Below, piece after piece: positions 23,834 through 38,772 of a DNA stretch of 64,000 nt. Under the pieces are notes generated by a model. It searched no databases. It worked only from the letters and a program-made list of their open reading frames with translations, and was not told the origin of the DNA. Position 1 is the first letter of the stretch; the number at the start of each line of letters is the position of its first letter. The DNA is taken from contig OZ037772.1 in the NCBI GenBank assembly GCA_964035545.1, forward strand, positions 1,426,001 to 1,490,000, read 5' to 3'. Position numbers and translations under genes: made by a program. The DNA is from Bugula neritina (taxonomy: Eukaryota; Animalia; Bryozoa).

Positions 23834-23962
23834 ATTTTTTAAATAAAAAAATATATATGTATCATTAACAATCTGAACACACTACATTATATTAGCTCTG
23901 TCACCCGTGATATCGAGCACTTTACTTCGCTAGAACTCCAACTAGATTGACAATCAGCATAC

Positions 23963-24141
<179 letters not shown>

Positions 24142-27100
24142 CTATACAGCTATAAACATGCACGTACATAAAGAAAATAACATTCATGCAACTAGTAGTA
24201 AATACTGTTTAGTATGAGCTTTTACTAATTTCACTGTGGCATATATCTGCGTTATAATAAATAGAGATTCATTATACACCACAAAATGAATTGGTGCAGA
24301 ACCTAAAGGACTTTTTTAGTCGTTTATGCAAAGTTTTTCTTTCAGTCCAATATATGAAAGTTATAAAACACGCACTAACTGAAAGCCAATTTTTTTTCAA
24401 TAAAGTATATCATAGACCTGTTTACTTTGTTCAGGAAAGAAGAGAGAGCCACAAAGGAAGAGCCACGCCTACCATGTGTCCAATGAAAACAGACCTGTCA
24501 TATTAAGTAGCTACAGACCTGCTATACCAGATAAAAACAAACCTGCCATATTGCACAAAACTGAACCTGCAGCGCTGAGCAAAGAGCAACCAATCAAATA
24601 TTCCAAGCAAAGAGGAAACGATTCAGCATTGTGGGAAAACCTCTCCAGGCAGGATCAGCAAACTCCGACAGCTGGTCAAAGTTTTAGCTACAGAAAAGGA
24701 AGAATTGCAGAGTATTGTAATTATTCAGTGAGGAAAACCACATGCTTACCTTGTTCTGGTAACCACCACACAACTGTGAAAAGAAAGGGCTGGACAGCTA
24801 CACAGCTTTGAGAGATTTCTCATACAGACAGCTGTTCTATAAGAAGTGTTACATAAGAGTTGTGACTATTGACTATTATATACAGGGTTGTAAGAATGTG
24901 GACACAGTTTTAGGATTTCTTATTTTAGGAATCCAATACTTTAGTTATGTTATGATAGCATTAACTTAGCAGAAGCTTTGGTGGAATTTGATATAATGCT
25001 TAATTACTACTCAGAGCAGGATAGTTTAGTATTTTTTTAAAAAGAACATAATATTATATTTGTATTTTCTTATAAATAGATGTTTATTATACATGCCGAT
25101 CATAAAAGTCAATTCATTATATGGTATACTAAAATTACATCTGTAAATAAACATGTGCATGCTGCAGCTGAAGAATAAAAATAAAATGAGAAGGAAACAA
25201 AACGTATTCAACTAGATGAGTCATCAAATGACATTGCTGTATAAAATGACGGATTAGGAAAGAGAAAGCCTGTCGAAACAAAGCAACACTGAACTACAAT
25301 GTGGCTAACAAATACTAGGTCAACAGAAATAATATCAAAATCAATGAATAAAATACCAAGAGGTGTAAAATGTCAATATAAGTACACATAGAAGAAATAG
25401 GTGATATACAGAATAAAAAGCAACAGTAATATTGTTAAAGCTTTTCAATTTCACACAAATATAAAATCTTTACAAGGCATTATTGTATATATAACTATTT
25501 GTATTAGAAGAGAGAAACAATATAATTTAGTATGCTCACATGGAACTATAGAAGGAAATGTCAGCTAAAAGAGGAAGGAAATGGAGGTCAAGGCCAGCAA
25601 AACAATGTCAAGGTCAACTGGAAAAAAGTAGTTTTAGGTCACGACTTGTCATTCTCAAACATGGCGGCTAGTTTGAGCACACTTTTGGACTAGAAGAGGA
25701 AGGAGGCGAGGAGACCACAGAGCTCTCTGGGGAGGAAGGTAAAACACGCTTTAGCTACAAAGCAAGAGTTGAAAAGAGAACTAATTGGAAAAAGTTGAAA
25801 TTTTACTCAATTTGATCAAAAATGAACAGATATTAATAAAAAAATTCTACAGATTCTAACGCTGATAAGCCAGGAAAACTATAGCATATTATAATTATAT
25901 TATCACCTCCATTATATAATAATTATATTACATAATATATTATACTGTTTATATGCCATATTACCATTATATTATATTATAATCATGCTATATTATAAAT
26001 ATGGTATATTATTATATTATACTATCAATGTACATGACTTGCACCAAGTAGATGCCAATTGTTACCTTTTCTGTGTTGGCAACTTGGGGCAGAACTCTTT
26101 TGGGTCGAATGTCTGAAATAGATGGGGAAGAGATGATTCACCGCCCCTAGCAGAGGCGTGATGTCAGGAGAAAAATCCGAGGCTAAGTTACGACAACTTC
26201 TTCTCATGGTGTTGGCGGCTTTGAGAAAGATAGCTCTGTCGTACTCCTTGCCTGAAGACAGGAAATGGGTCATTGTACTTCCATAAAGGAAACGTACATG
26301 AACTGTATCAGAAGCTCAAACTAACGTCTGTTAATAGTATTGGAAGATATAACAATCCTAATGAGAATTAAAGGCTCTATTATTAGTAATCATCAGATAT
26401 TTGAATTTGAATTGTGGGAGGCTAACGCACTCACCCTGAGTAAACATCAGTTTGAACAGAGCACTGAGGTTATCTCCAATACTGTTGAGACTAGCTATAG
26501 CCTGGGAGCACATTTCATATTGCAGGCACGGGTCTATGTCGGTAGGTTTCCTCTTTAGCGTGGCAGGGCACCTGCACAACATGAAATAACTACCACCTGC
26601 TACCCGTTGACATATGTGAGACCAGTTGCTAGTGACATCAAATGACAGGTACTTGGTTAGCAATTTTATACAAGTATGAGAGTTCTACTGTCACTTGATC
26701 AAAGCTTCCGACACTCTTCCCCTAGTGTGACTCATAAATTATATATGACTTAGGCTAGCAGGGGAGCATGAGCTCATTTTATAAGCTATGTAGCTCAAAA
26801 ATATGCAAGAATCCTACCATAAAGAGACACCCTTACACCGCACCATTAGTATGAGAGTCTTCATAAGAACTAAAGCTACACTCAAGTCCCACCAGCATGA
26901 TAGAATATGTCACAGACACTTACTATTGCACATATAGTCTATGGATGAAAAGGTTGCAGTCAGGTTCTCTGTAGATGTATGGATACATTGAGCAAGGGCA
27001 CCTTGGGCACATGCCATGGGCACATCTGTTGACAGCTGTCAAGTACATGACAGTACATATTGATGCACTGCCTTGTCTATGTTACCCAGCAGTGCCTGCA

Positions 27101-30100
27101 AACAAATATGGAGATATTACTTAGGAAATGAGCAGAATTATTTTTATTTCAGAGATTTTACATATTCTTACATTAACAAAGGCATAAATTTTGAACATCT
27201 ACATAAAATATTGGAGATATGTTAACTTTTTCTGCAACATCTGTAAGTTAAACAGTAAAAAACAAGTTTCTACCCAACATAAAATGTCAACCATAAGACA
27301 ATAACTTGCATGAATTGAATGATGAGCCTGGATATCTTATTGCTGAGCTGTGACATCCTCTGCACAGTGTCTGCAAGGTGCTCTGAGTCAATATCATCAC
27401 ACACACTAGAGCACAGCTGGCACTGTTCCAACAACACCTCCGATGAGGTCACCAGTTGCAGACAACACGCCTCTGTAGCTTCTTGACACTGGGAATCTTC
27501 TGGCTCTATAAGTTTGTATAATGAGGTTATATTTAATACGATGTTACGTGATTATATGGAGTTGTCATCACAATACAGAATAGTGATAGTTTTGAGCAAC
27601 AAATCTTATATTACTATATGAACTTATTGAGAAACAGCATCTTGGGAACATAGGCTTTACATTACTACATTACAATACACACACATGTATAACAGAAGTT
27701 GAACAAAATACTTTTATATTCCTATCCTAAAAATTTCAATATTTTTCAAGTCAGTTGGTTCTACACTGTTCAGTGGAATGCTTTTTTTAAACAAAGAAAG
27801 TGTTATTTACATTCATTAATTTTAGTTGCTAAGAGAGCTAAAGTTGCAGATAGTTCTTTTCCTTTCAGATAAAATGTGTTACATATGCATATGAATATGT
27901 TCAACTGATGATATCAATTAAAATACAAATACCTTGCAACATAAAATAACACAACACCTGCAAAATACTGCTTACAATAGAATTTGCAGCTCTAACTGTA
28001 ATATTGAGTCTACCCTGTAGTGTAATGGTAGCACGCTAGCGGGTGGAAATTTTTTAATTGAGTTTTGGGTTTGAAATGAAATTAGGACTCACCTGCTGAC
28101 GCTGCCTTGTAGCTCTCCAAAATGCTGCCAGCAGAGATTCTACACAACTCACACTGCTGCAGTATGCAGTCAAACACCTACCTGCTCCCTGCATTGGTTG
28201 CTATAAACAGTACAGAGCTACACGTATGAGATAAGAGTGGACTAACAGAGTAGTCTCTGAGAATATATACGAGGTATATGACCAGAGAGGAGATTATTCC
28301 AAAACAGCCGAAACTAGGTTGGTGTGAAAATAATCCGACTTAATTAATGACTTTAGAAGTAAAACTACTGCTACTGTTTCAGACACACTCAGCTCTCATG
28401 TGCCTCACAGACGTCTCAGACATAAGGTAGTGAACTGCTTTAGTAATTGAAATTTTTGTAAAAAAGGTGACAAACAATTGAGTGAAGACAAAAAACAGAA
28501 ACATAACCAGTACCTTTATTTTTTTGTAAACTGTAGGAGACGAAATCTTTGCACATGGAGAACATGGTACTGGAAGACATGAGCTTTGACCTTGACCTGC
28601 TTCTGACCTTCATAGATGGAGACTGTTGATTGGCTGAAGCAGAGTTGAAGACTAACTCCATAGAAGTGAGTTTATTCTCAGAGCTAAGGATCTCGCTCAG
28701 ACTGTCAATAGAGAAACAAAGAGATAGAGCTGCTCTACTCATACGTGGTGGAAGTTGATAAATGTCAAATAAATGCCAACAATATTTCACTCATTTGTAC
28801 TGGAAATTGAATGAAATCAGTAGAAAGTAAACGACATAAAATTATTTGAATTATCAAATAGCAAAGACGTTATGTTGTTGGCAATTTAATTAACTATTTT
28901 CTCAAATCAATATTATAAAGTATAAAACATAGTCCCAGAAAAACTCCACTGACAGAAATTGAACTTAAATTGGTGATCGAGCCAGTCCTAACATGTAAAC
29001 ACTAGATTTATCCCAGTGATTAGGCCAACAAAACTAAACTATAAGATTCCTAGGCAGATGCGAGGAGTAGTTAGTGGAACTGTTATAGTGCAGACCATAC
29101 TTAGCCTTAGTAGCTAGATTACCTGGTAACCTGCTGATTGAGGGGGGTCAAGGAACTCTTCCAACTGTCACCTAGGTTGGAGAAGACAGCCAGACACTCA
29201 TGAGGTGTGTTACTGTCAAGTAACTCTCACATGTCGGCTAGTTTCTCCTCAAACTTGGACACAGTGAAGTCTGTGTATCTATTGAGTTGTTTATCCGTTA
29301 CCTTGACAACCATAACATTGTCCACTTCTTCCTGTTCAAATATCTAGAACAGACAGACGCATGGTGTAACATATTTAGATGAATATTTATAAATTTATAT
29401 AAATAAATAAACAAGTGTATGTGAGTGTATGTGTGTGTGTGGTGCGTGTGTGGTCTGTGTGTGCGTGCATGTATCTGTGTGTATTATTGACACAATCAAA
29501 GGCAAAATTCAACCTAAACAATTTTATCAATAGCTGGGTAGAAAGTACGGATCACATAATTTTTGTGAAAAAAAAACTTTTACACATGATAATTGAAAAA
29601 CTAAAATAAAAATGCATATTTTTAATATCATCTGGTACATGCTTTAATTATGGCAGACACAAGGCATGCACAGAGAAAGATAATTTCTTTAGTACATACT
29701 GTGGGTAATGCTGATGTGGACACTATGAACAATGCAAGTATTATACAGGAGTTGTCTACTCTTTGAAAACAGATAACTTGCTGTAGGCATTGACTTTAAT
29801 TGAATCAGTTTATTGCCTTCCCTTATAAGAAGAGCGACCTTATAAAGGTCAGTTTTACCCGACTCTACAATAAATAGGAGTAACTCAGACTAACATTATA
29901 GGCCCTCCTGGGTTATTTTATCATGTAGTTTTCTCATCATACGTTACAACTCATTAGGATCTGGTAGTAGGAAAATATAAAAAAGATATTTTAATTTAGG
30001 AGGAAAAACTGAAAAGTTACCAAAATCGAAGATGAGGTCTAGCGGAATAATAAGAAACTTCTCACAACAAAGTAATTAGCAATGAAGGGTCAGAGGTCAA

Positions 30101-31800
30101 GCATACACCAAATCTAGCAAATTTATTATCTTTAACAGCCTCTCAATGAAACCATGCCATGCCTAGTTCATGTCATAGCAACATACAACTGAGGGGGTGG
30201 GGGGGAGCATGACTAGGTTAGGAGAACATAACTCTGAAAAGAAAACAATGAGCTGTGTAATTATGTATGTTGATTTTCCAGGTACAGCAGGTGTAGAGCT
30301 CAAAGGATTACCAAATTTTAATATTGATATAGAATGCAATATTGAGTTTTAAAGGCAGTCATAAAAATGAAAAAGAAATAAAAGTAATGGCGCTGTGATG
30401 AATACAGATAATTAAAGCTGAAACTTCTGAACTTTCTAAAACCACACTATGAGAGACTACGCCGCCGTTGCAATCAACAATTGCAAATAAATGTTGTAAA
30501 AACTCATATTTCTTTTTTATTTGCTTCCACAACAATGCTGAAGGAGATGAAGACTATGAGTGAAAACAACACAACCCTTTCTCTCTTACAGATCTAGATT
30601 GAGTATAGATTCACCATAATCCATTAGAGGGTATCGAGACACCAAATTACCGACCCCTACTAACTGAAGCTCACCACTAGGAACTGAAGCTAGGCTCTTC
30701 ACAGCCACTTCCTCTTTGCCTCCTTTTAGGTGTTTGAGTCCCGCAGACTGGAGAGGAAGCGCTGGGCCGAGGAGATGGTAGGTAAAGAGTCCGTCAGCAC
30801 GGCAGTGTGTGTGCGCTGCTTTACCTGCAACGGAGTATTTAGAAATATTCTCAGCAAAAACATTTCAATCACTGACTGTGTAGTTACAGTGAAAGTATAA
30901 TAATACCATAATATATAAGTCATCATAACATTGAAGTATACAATGATAACTAAACATATATGCCGAGTGATGACCAATGTGCGTGGGAACATTAATATAT
31001 ACACATCAAACGACCAATATGCTTGGGGAATACTAATGAAGACATGACTGTACACAATAAACAGGCTTACTGATCATTCTTCGCTTCCTCAATCTTAGTC
31101 TTGGCAAACAGGAAGTCCTTAGGAATGCTGGAGGACGTGCGTTTAGATGGGTCAACGCCGGCGAGGTGATTAAAGTGGAAATAGAGATCACCACCGATAA
31201 TAACTCGGTCTACCTACAGACATGATAACAGGAAATGATTCAAGATTGAAAATATTACACTAAACTAGCATAGTAAATAAACTACAAACACTAATCTATC
31301 AGTTTCATAAGCAATTTCATCACCCATATAATTGGATAGAATCAAGTAGAGTTTGTCACCTAATACACTTCACAATTGCTATAAAATCGAAAATGTAACG
31401 CTGTAGAAATTTTGTAAGCAAATTAGAAATGTTAATTGACGAGTTTTATACACAATTGCATCACACATGTAACTAAAAAGAATTTAGCATGAGCAAGTGC
31501 ATTCCATAATTTCTTACAGGTTATTCTAATACTTAAACACCACAAGGTTCATATATACAGTATAAGTAATGCAGTCATACAGTGTCATTAGATGCACATA
31601 GCTAGCAGAATCTGGCCACACAGTAAGCTGGCAGGTCCACAGTCAGTGAGGTTACAGTTCACACGTCTTACGTGGTTCAGTGTCATTGAGTCCACAATCT
31701 GCTCTCCATTCACAAAAGTGGGAGCTTCCTTATCAATAGGAGTTATCACCACCTGGTTATCTTTATGCACCAACAGACTGTAACAAGGACACTACATCTG

Positions 31801-32372
31801 AACAGATTGACTTTTGACTTTTTTTCTTTAATATTTGTTCATGCCTACTTATATTATAGCCAGTATTTACACTGAATTTCACAACGTGTTGTCATGTCTG
31901 TGATATGCAATCAATCAATCAATCGAATCACCAATCAACTAAAACTGCGTCTTCTTTCGAGATGTGACTTAAATTTAACACTTTACTCTACACCACCACG
32001 TTCTCTATGACATAGTATTCTATTTGAAAATTAAGAAATGCTTGCTTTTTAAGTACCACATGTATACTTGGACCAAATGTAACTGTAAGAATACCGTAGA
32101 TAGTAAAACAATTTGTGTCGAAAGTACAAACACGAAGAATAATACCACCAAGATCAAAAGATTTGGCAGCAAATTATACTTCATTACAATTACAAACTAA
32201 TGCATAGTTACACTGATTGAAATTGAGTTATACTTCACTTTACTAATATATTGATGGATTGGTTTATTACATATCACAGACATGAAAACATGTTGTGAAA
32301 GTCAGTGTAAATACTGGCCATAAAAAGTAGGCATGAATAAAATTGAAAAAAGAAAAAAGTCAGAACTCTGTT
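31801..32372. mobile_element. MITE-like element with about 115-bp imperfect inverted termini
   Basis: ..TTCATGCCTACTT..GCCAGTATTTACACTGA..CATGTCTGTGATATG (31801-31915) is mirrored at 32265-32372. Confidence 0.7.
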
Positions 32373-32577
32373 GGATTATTTAAAATAAAAGATCATTTAA
32401 AGCATTAACAAGGTATCTCTGCCCCATGCTTCTCTATATTTAATGGTTTGATATCCTGGTATTGGCAGTAAGTCATATTTCACTATACTAATAAGCTGAA
32501 TAAATGACAAATTTTATTAGAATTAATTAACTTTAACCAGAAATGCTATTTCACTTTCTATAGAAAAGTTACTGTTT

Positions 32578-32830
32578 AAGGGCAGACAATCACTAATACT
32601 CACCAGTATGTACGAGGGTAGACAATTACTAGTACTCACTCTCAAGGGCAGATAATTACTAGTACTTATGAATATGATCAAGGGCAGACAATTACTAATA
32701 CTCATCAGCATGTTCAAGGGTAAACAATTACTAATATTTATCAATGTGATCAAGGGCAGACAATTACTAATACTCATCAGCATATTCAAGGGCAGACAAC
32801 TACTAATATTCACCAGTATGTTCGAGGGCG
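32578..32830. repeat. 36-bp minisatellite
   Basis: Unit about CAAGGGCAGACAATTACTAATACTCATCAGCATGTT, about 7 copies. Confidence 0.9.
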
Positions 32831-35800
32831 GATGCCTCTTCTCTCACATTTTCCTCAACCAGTTTCTGTTTCAACTGCCAATCTCTCTGCTGATTTTCCA
32901 AGTTCAACTCTTTCTCCTAAACACAAGCATGACTTGATATATATAACTGTCCTACAGTAACAGCAGTAGTCACATGTATTGAGATACAAAAGAGGTATTA
33001 TAAGTATAGACAACAACTTGGCAGTCAAACAGATCTGAAATTTATAGTCTTTGTCTGGTTTGTAGTCTAACATCAGCTCTAAATTAAATTAAAAAGAATG
33101 CATTACGAAATGCAATACATAGTAACCGCCTATGATTTATTTAGAATAGACTACATTATATATATTATTGTATACATTATATAATATCATGTAACATGGC
33201 AAATATCACATAATACTGTATAAATTATACAGTATTATATAGTATATAATATTACCCCGCCACACGCGCAGGACCACGGCGGTGAAAGGTGACCAAAGAT
33301 GATCATAGTAAATAATATTACATATAATTATATTTTATAAAATTATTTTATAAAACTACTATAATGTTTACGTAACGTCATAAAACAACCGACTACAGAC
33401 ACGAGAGGAAGTTGTATCACCTTCAGAGCTTTGCGAAGATCCACAATCCCCTGCATGGTGGAGAGACTGTCCCGCCCTAACCTGATTGCTTGGCCCTCAG
33501 TCTACCTTTCTCAGCCCACAGCTCTCTGATCAACTTGACAATGAGATTTTTATTTACTCTAGCGAGGTTGACTATAGAACGGGCTGTAGATGTGAAGAAA
33601 ACATGCTACCCAACACCAAGATTCATACCCTCAATTATAACTTTTCAAAAGAAAAATAAAAATTGTAGAAACTTTGGAAGTTAGATGTGTTTTCAAAATG
33701 TGAAGTAAAAAACACAATCCAAAAAGAATATAACCAATCACATGACTTGTTACATATTTAGACGCTGAACACTTTTTAAATGAAGCAGATAATCATAAGT
33801 GGGCTGAAAAGCATATTACAGTAGCTAGTTAAAAACACACATACTCCCACTTTTCTCATAAACTGTAAATACGCCCACACTCACATTGGTACCTGAACTC
33901 ATACTGAAAGCGTTGCTCATAGCTGGTTCATATTGATACTGATATCATGAAGTTAATAATGATATTCATCCTCAATAGTAAAGTTAGTAAATGGTATTGA
34001 TTCACCCACAATGACAATTACTTGCAAAAGTTATATATTATTTATTTATTGACTTGGTGAGTTATTTAATTTTATCAGTTATAATGTGTATCATTCAAAT
34101 GCGAATGTTGAAAATGATCTAGTCAATTTGATTACCTCATACTAATTTCGATTCATCACAATTGTCGCAATAATTTTGCCAATAATTCAGTTTCACGATG
34201 CTCATTCAGTGATTGACAGCTAGTCTTACATTGACCTTCAAGCCTAAAGCAACAGAATCTAACAGTAAGTGTAACTATAAGATTAAGTATATTTAGTTTA
34301 CTATCAAGTATTAACATTACCACGTAAAATTAAAATCTGTCAGTGTCTATAAAATTAAATTCTATAAAGCAAAATTACAAACCATTTTTATTCATGCTCT
34401 AACTTTGAAACCAGTGATACAAAAATAGTGTCATATCACTATTTGATATTCATGATGATATTGTTCTTGTAATTGATGTTCACATTCTGTTAATGTTATT
34501 CGTATTGATATTATTATTGGTATTGTGATACTGATCGTCATTCTGATTTAGTGAATTTCACTATGATTGTGGTTGCCCCTGGCCTGGCAACTGGCTCTTC
34601 TCATTGCCACACTCAGTCAGTCACTCGTACTGAGAGTGAGTACGCCGTACGGTATTCACACTCACAGTGATTGTCGTTGGGATTGTCAATATTGTCATAC
34701 TGATACTCATAGTCATTCAACCATACTCATTGTGATTCACAGCGAATGCTTGAGTGAATTGATACTGATAGCACATTGAGCTTGACATTAGGCATTAATT
34801 GATTAATTTCAAGTGATTATCTTTTACTTCGAGTTTTACCTCGTAGTCGTTGGGTTCAGCTTCAACTTGGTGTTGGTTTCAAAGTTGAAGCATCAGGATA
34901 TTGTGAATATGAAGAGAAGATGAAGCAGCTGTTTGGGGTGTAAACAAACCTAAATAGTACGCAAAAATTATAAATACTAAACGAAGAAATCAGCGGCGAT
35001 GAAAAGCACCGCTTGTTACAGGGTTTCTAAATTTATATTGCTATAGTGATGAGAAATCGCTTGAAGCAGCATTGAATAGGTAGTCACCGAGTGTATTGAC
35101 TTAAGAGCATCAAGTTTAAAATGCAAACAAATTCTTACACAAACTTTGCACGTGGTCACTACTCATTCGGTGCTGCTTCTAGTGATCTTCAGAACAACAA
35201 TAATGGTGACAGACAGTGAGCGTAACGCATGATAGTTTGAAAAATCTGTAAGTTTATAAATTTATATTGCAGTTGCTTGTAGATAGTGCTAGTATATTAA
35301 TAGTGATAAATTGATTTATAATTATGTTTTATTGTTATACTATTGTACTTGTAGCCTATATATATATATATATATACTGTGAGTTATTATATTATATACT
35401 GTGAGTTATTATATTATATACTATGAGGCATTATACTATATACTATGAGTTATTATATTATATACTATGAGTTATTATATTATATACTATGAGTTATTAT
35501 ATTATATACTATGAGGCATTATAATATTATAAACTGTTTCCCCAACAATGAGTGGAGACACAACTCCAACAAATGGCCAGTTGATGCTCCAATGACCACG
35601 GCTCTCTTCACAGAAGGTGTGACAACTCTACAGGGGGACTATGTCCAAGGGTTGGGCTACTACGAGTACGTCCCGCAATACTTCAGATGTTCTGCTTTTT
35701 TCTTTAAACCCTTTATACTATACTAAAATTTATGTTAGATTTCTAGTTAAGCTTCCAGGCTACGTTACATCCAGAGCCTTTGCAGACACGCTGCCTGCAG

Positions 35801-37251
35801 CTCAGACACATGCAGACACTTGGCAATAGCTGCCAGTGAACTGATTCACTAGTGAAATAATATTGATAGTGTCATCCATGTGTCATGTTAGATTATTGGT
35901 ATAATGAGGTTACATCAGTGATGATTAAAATTACTTGTCAGTCTAGTTCACAATAATGCCTTTGCTGTCTATTTCTCTACATTCTTTACATTCCACAACA
36001 TTGCTTGGCTATTTCTTTAAACCTCTACATTATAGCCTACGGCATTCATAGTCTGTTGCATTAGATATGAAGTCATGGAATATAGAAGAACCACGTTTAT
36101 GTGAATCTCACACAAGTTCTGATTGGTTCTTGTGAATCTCACACAAGCTCTGATTGGTCTCATTACCTGTCTAATTACAAATATTGACAGAAGAAGACTT
36201 TAACTAACTGAAACTCTATCTCTATATTGATAATCTGCTTTAGTAAAAAGTGAGTACCTGGGGTGGAGAGAGCCAGTTCTCAGGAAGCTGATTATAGAGA
36301 GGGCTGAAGGAGCTGATTTTGTGCCAGTCTTGGAGACAGAGCAGGTTTTGGCCGGGACGGCTTTGAGAGTAACGATTAATGTGACAGCGGAGTTTGAAAG
36401 TCATCAACTTGAAGTGAGTGTGGATGCTTACCCACGTCTGCTGATTATAAACGAGTGTAGAGTTTTATTTACTGGGAAGCGGTTTGTTTTACCCCCTCAT
36501 AAGTGCAGAGAGGTAAATTTTCAGTTTCGTGGAACAGTTGATTTAGTTTATACAAAACACTCTCAATGCACTCTTCTAGAATACAAAGTTACAAGCTACA
36601 GGCTACAAAGTTATATAAGACATGCGTTATTGGAGGTGAAAAAGGTTTTGTTTTCTCTTTTTATTTTTCTTTATTTACTGATTATAGATATTTATTTTGA
36701 AAAGTTTTTGTCAACCACTGAGAGTTCCAAACACAGATGCGGGCGGTGACTTTAAGCAGTGTTACAAGTTCTGTACCTTTGAGGCTCAATGTCAAGGGAT
36801 TCCAGGGTCCACCTGCCACCTTAGTGAGTTGTCTTCTCACAGCATACAGTTTGAAGTATGCTTATCAACTACCTAGTATGCTGAAACAAATGTGGGTTTT
36901 TAGTGTATAAGTGCTTTCTGACTCTCTTCAGTTTGTATAATACAAGAACCCAGTAGAATCACTGAATTGGTATAACATAGATATATATTCATCAGAAATG
37001 TACATGATGTAGCAGTGCAGCCCAATGAAGTCATTCGGAAAGTTAAATGATGTTCTTTTAGACATTGCTCTGTAGAACTCAGACTGAGCATGTGACATCC
37101 AGGTTCCGAGTGTATTACCATCAGTGGTGGAGACGAAGGAGGTTGTTGGTGTACAGGGGGTACTCACTACTACAACCGAGCTTGTGTACCTGGCATTACT
37201 AGTAAGTGTGTATCTAAAGACAAGCAGAGTGACAGATGAACTGACAAACTG

Positions 37252-37370
37252 ACTGGCTAACTGGCTGGCTGACTGACTGACTGACTGACTGACTGACTGA
37301 CTGACTGACTGACTGACTGACTGACTGACTGGCTTACTGGCTGGCTGACTCACTGACTGACTGACTGACA
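37252..37370. repeat. (GACT)n microsatellite
   Basis: Direct reading. Confidence 0.95.
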
Positions 37371-38266
37371 GGTAAACAGATAGGTAAATATTGATCACAT
37401 ATATAGTGAAGCTACCAACTGAGACCCAGACTGTGTTTTGATTTAGCATATACTGGTATATGATATCTTTCTACAATGTGTTTACAGTTTACTCTACAAA
37501 GTATAGTTCCATCAGATGGACTCACTCTACTCACGTGTAAGACTCATCAAGAATGTCTACCCAATCAGATCTGTGTTAACGAGGTGTGCACACTGACGTG
37601 TGAAAGTGACTCTGAGTGTACATTCAACCAGGTTAGATACTGCATACATGTCTCTATCATAGCAGGTATTTCACAAACTATTCTGAAACCCATACTTTTA
37701 TTGTTCATTGTCTACGTATTCTCCACCATATTTTTACTAGAAGTAAACTTTATTTCAGTAATGAGTTTAAAATAAATTATTGTTTCGCATTGTACAGTTT
37801 ATTATTGCCTGAATCTTGTAATAAGAATATTGACAATATTAGAGCAGCTATGTGATTGGCTTAACAATACCAGAGCAGGGATTTGATTGGCTTAGCAATA
37901 TCAGTGCAGCGATGTGATTAGTTTTACAATATCAAAGCAGGGATGTGATTGGCTACTCTGTTCTGTTCTGCAGGGCTTCAGAGGAGACGAGGGGAAACGG
38001 GATTGCCCTGTGCTGTAGGAGATGCTGGAAAACCCGGACCTCAATGTCCAATGGGAGAGAGCCGGTCGACTGGGCTCAAGAGATTCCTCGGACCAGTCGG
38101 TGCTCCTGGTTATCCTGACCTGCAAGAACCGAGGTTGGTGAATAGTATCTTTGTGGGGCTCACTGCTTGTGTGGGAGTTGTTTCCTCTGAAATATTTGGA
38201 GGTGTAGCTTGAGTTCCTTGCCTTGTGTTATCAGTTAGCCCCGCCTAGGTGTTTCACAGGTTATTA

Positions 38267-38772
38267 CAGGGTTGGGGTAATTGTAATTTGTAATTGTAAT
38301 TTGTTGTATTTAATTACATTTTTTCAAGTAATTGAATGTAATTTGTGATTGATGTATAAAAATGTAATTGTAATTGTAATTAATTACATATCTAATGTAA
38401 TTGATTTTTACAATTACATCTCAATTACTTCAAACTTTTAAATCTTAAGAAATTCATTCTTTTTTAACATGCCTACTGTTAAATAACAAGTTCAGGTTAA
38501 GTCAATGTAGTATAGTATCAGTGTTGAGAACAAAGGAGGTTCACCACTGTCAAAATTGCCCCTGCTAGTTGGACCCTAGAAGTGAAATTGCATAACTTCC
38601 ATTTGTCCTTTGTGAGAACAAAAGTAATTGTAATTGTAATTAATTGCTCTACAATGTAATTTTGTAATGTAATTAATTACATTTATTTCAACTGTAATTA
38701 TAATTGTAATTGACAAATTCTCATGTAACTGTAATTAATTACATTCACATGTAATTGACCCCAACAACCCTG
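38267..38772. mobile_element. hAT-like MITE with GTAATT subterminal arrays
   Basis: Termini CAGGGTTGGGG and CCCCAACAACCCTG; flanks GGTTATTA and GTTTATTA (7/8 TSD match). Confidence 0.8.

Larger units (their letters stand above)
14449..23888 (-). mobile_element. One 5'-truncated Penelope-like retroelement: body 14449-16001 plus 23048-23151 (-), with an inverted copy of its 3' end at 23152-23888 (+)
   Basis: RT motifs (SYDGAE, YRDDG), CNCx5CPLxxxC linker and GIY-YIG endonuclease (IIYQ..SYVG..FKTRFYNH). Removing 16002-23047 and one AT restores the frame ARKMLLYH|SGQPWSKK. Confidence 0.92.
25639..33583 (-). pseudogene. KIF14: KIF14-like kinesin-3 pseudogene (neck, FHA, stalk and tail exons; no motor domain seen)
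   Basis: Exons read ARSIVNLARVNKN..KLIREL (33421-33583), PTFVNGEQI..LNH (about 31671-31778), DRVIIGGDLYFHFNH..PKDFLFAK (about 31071-31213) and SKFEEKLADM*EL (TGA at 29227-29229). There is a frameshift in the neck exon and a TAA at about 30726. The low-coordinate end is tentative. Confidence 0.85.

Noticed and set aside
24476-24811. 111-aa ORF
   Set aside because: No recognisable motif or splice context; weak internal repeats only.
28012-28080. tRNA gene (TAGTGTAATGGTAGCACGC)
   Set aside because: Only a box A/D-arm-like head; no T arm or acceptor stem could be formed.
29227-29229. In-frame TGA codons as selenocysteine or readthrough (also 774-776)
   Set aside because: Best explained as CGA>TGA CpG decay (VARS copy 2 has CGA), and they co-occur with frameshifts and other stops.
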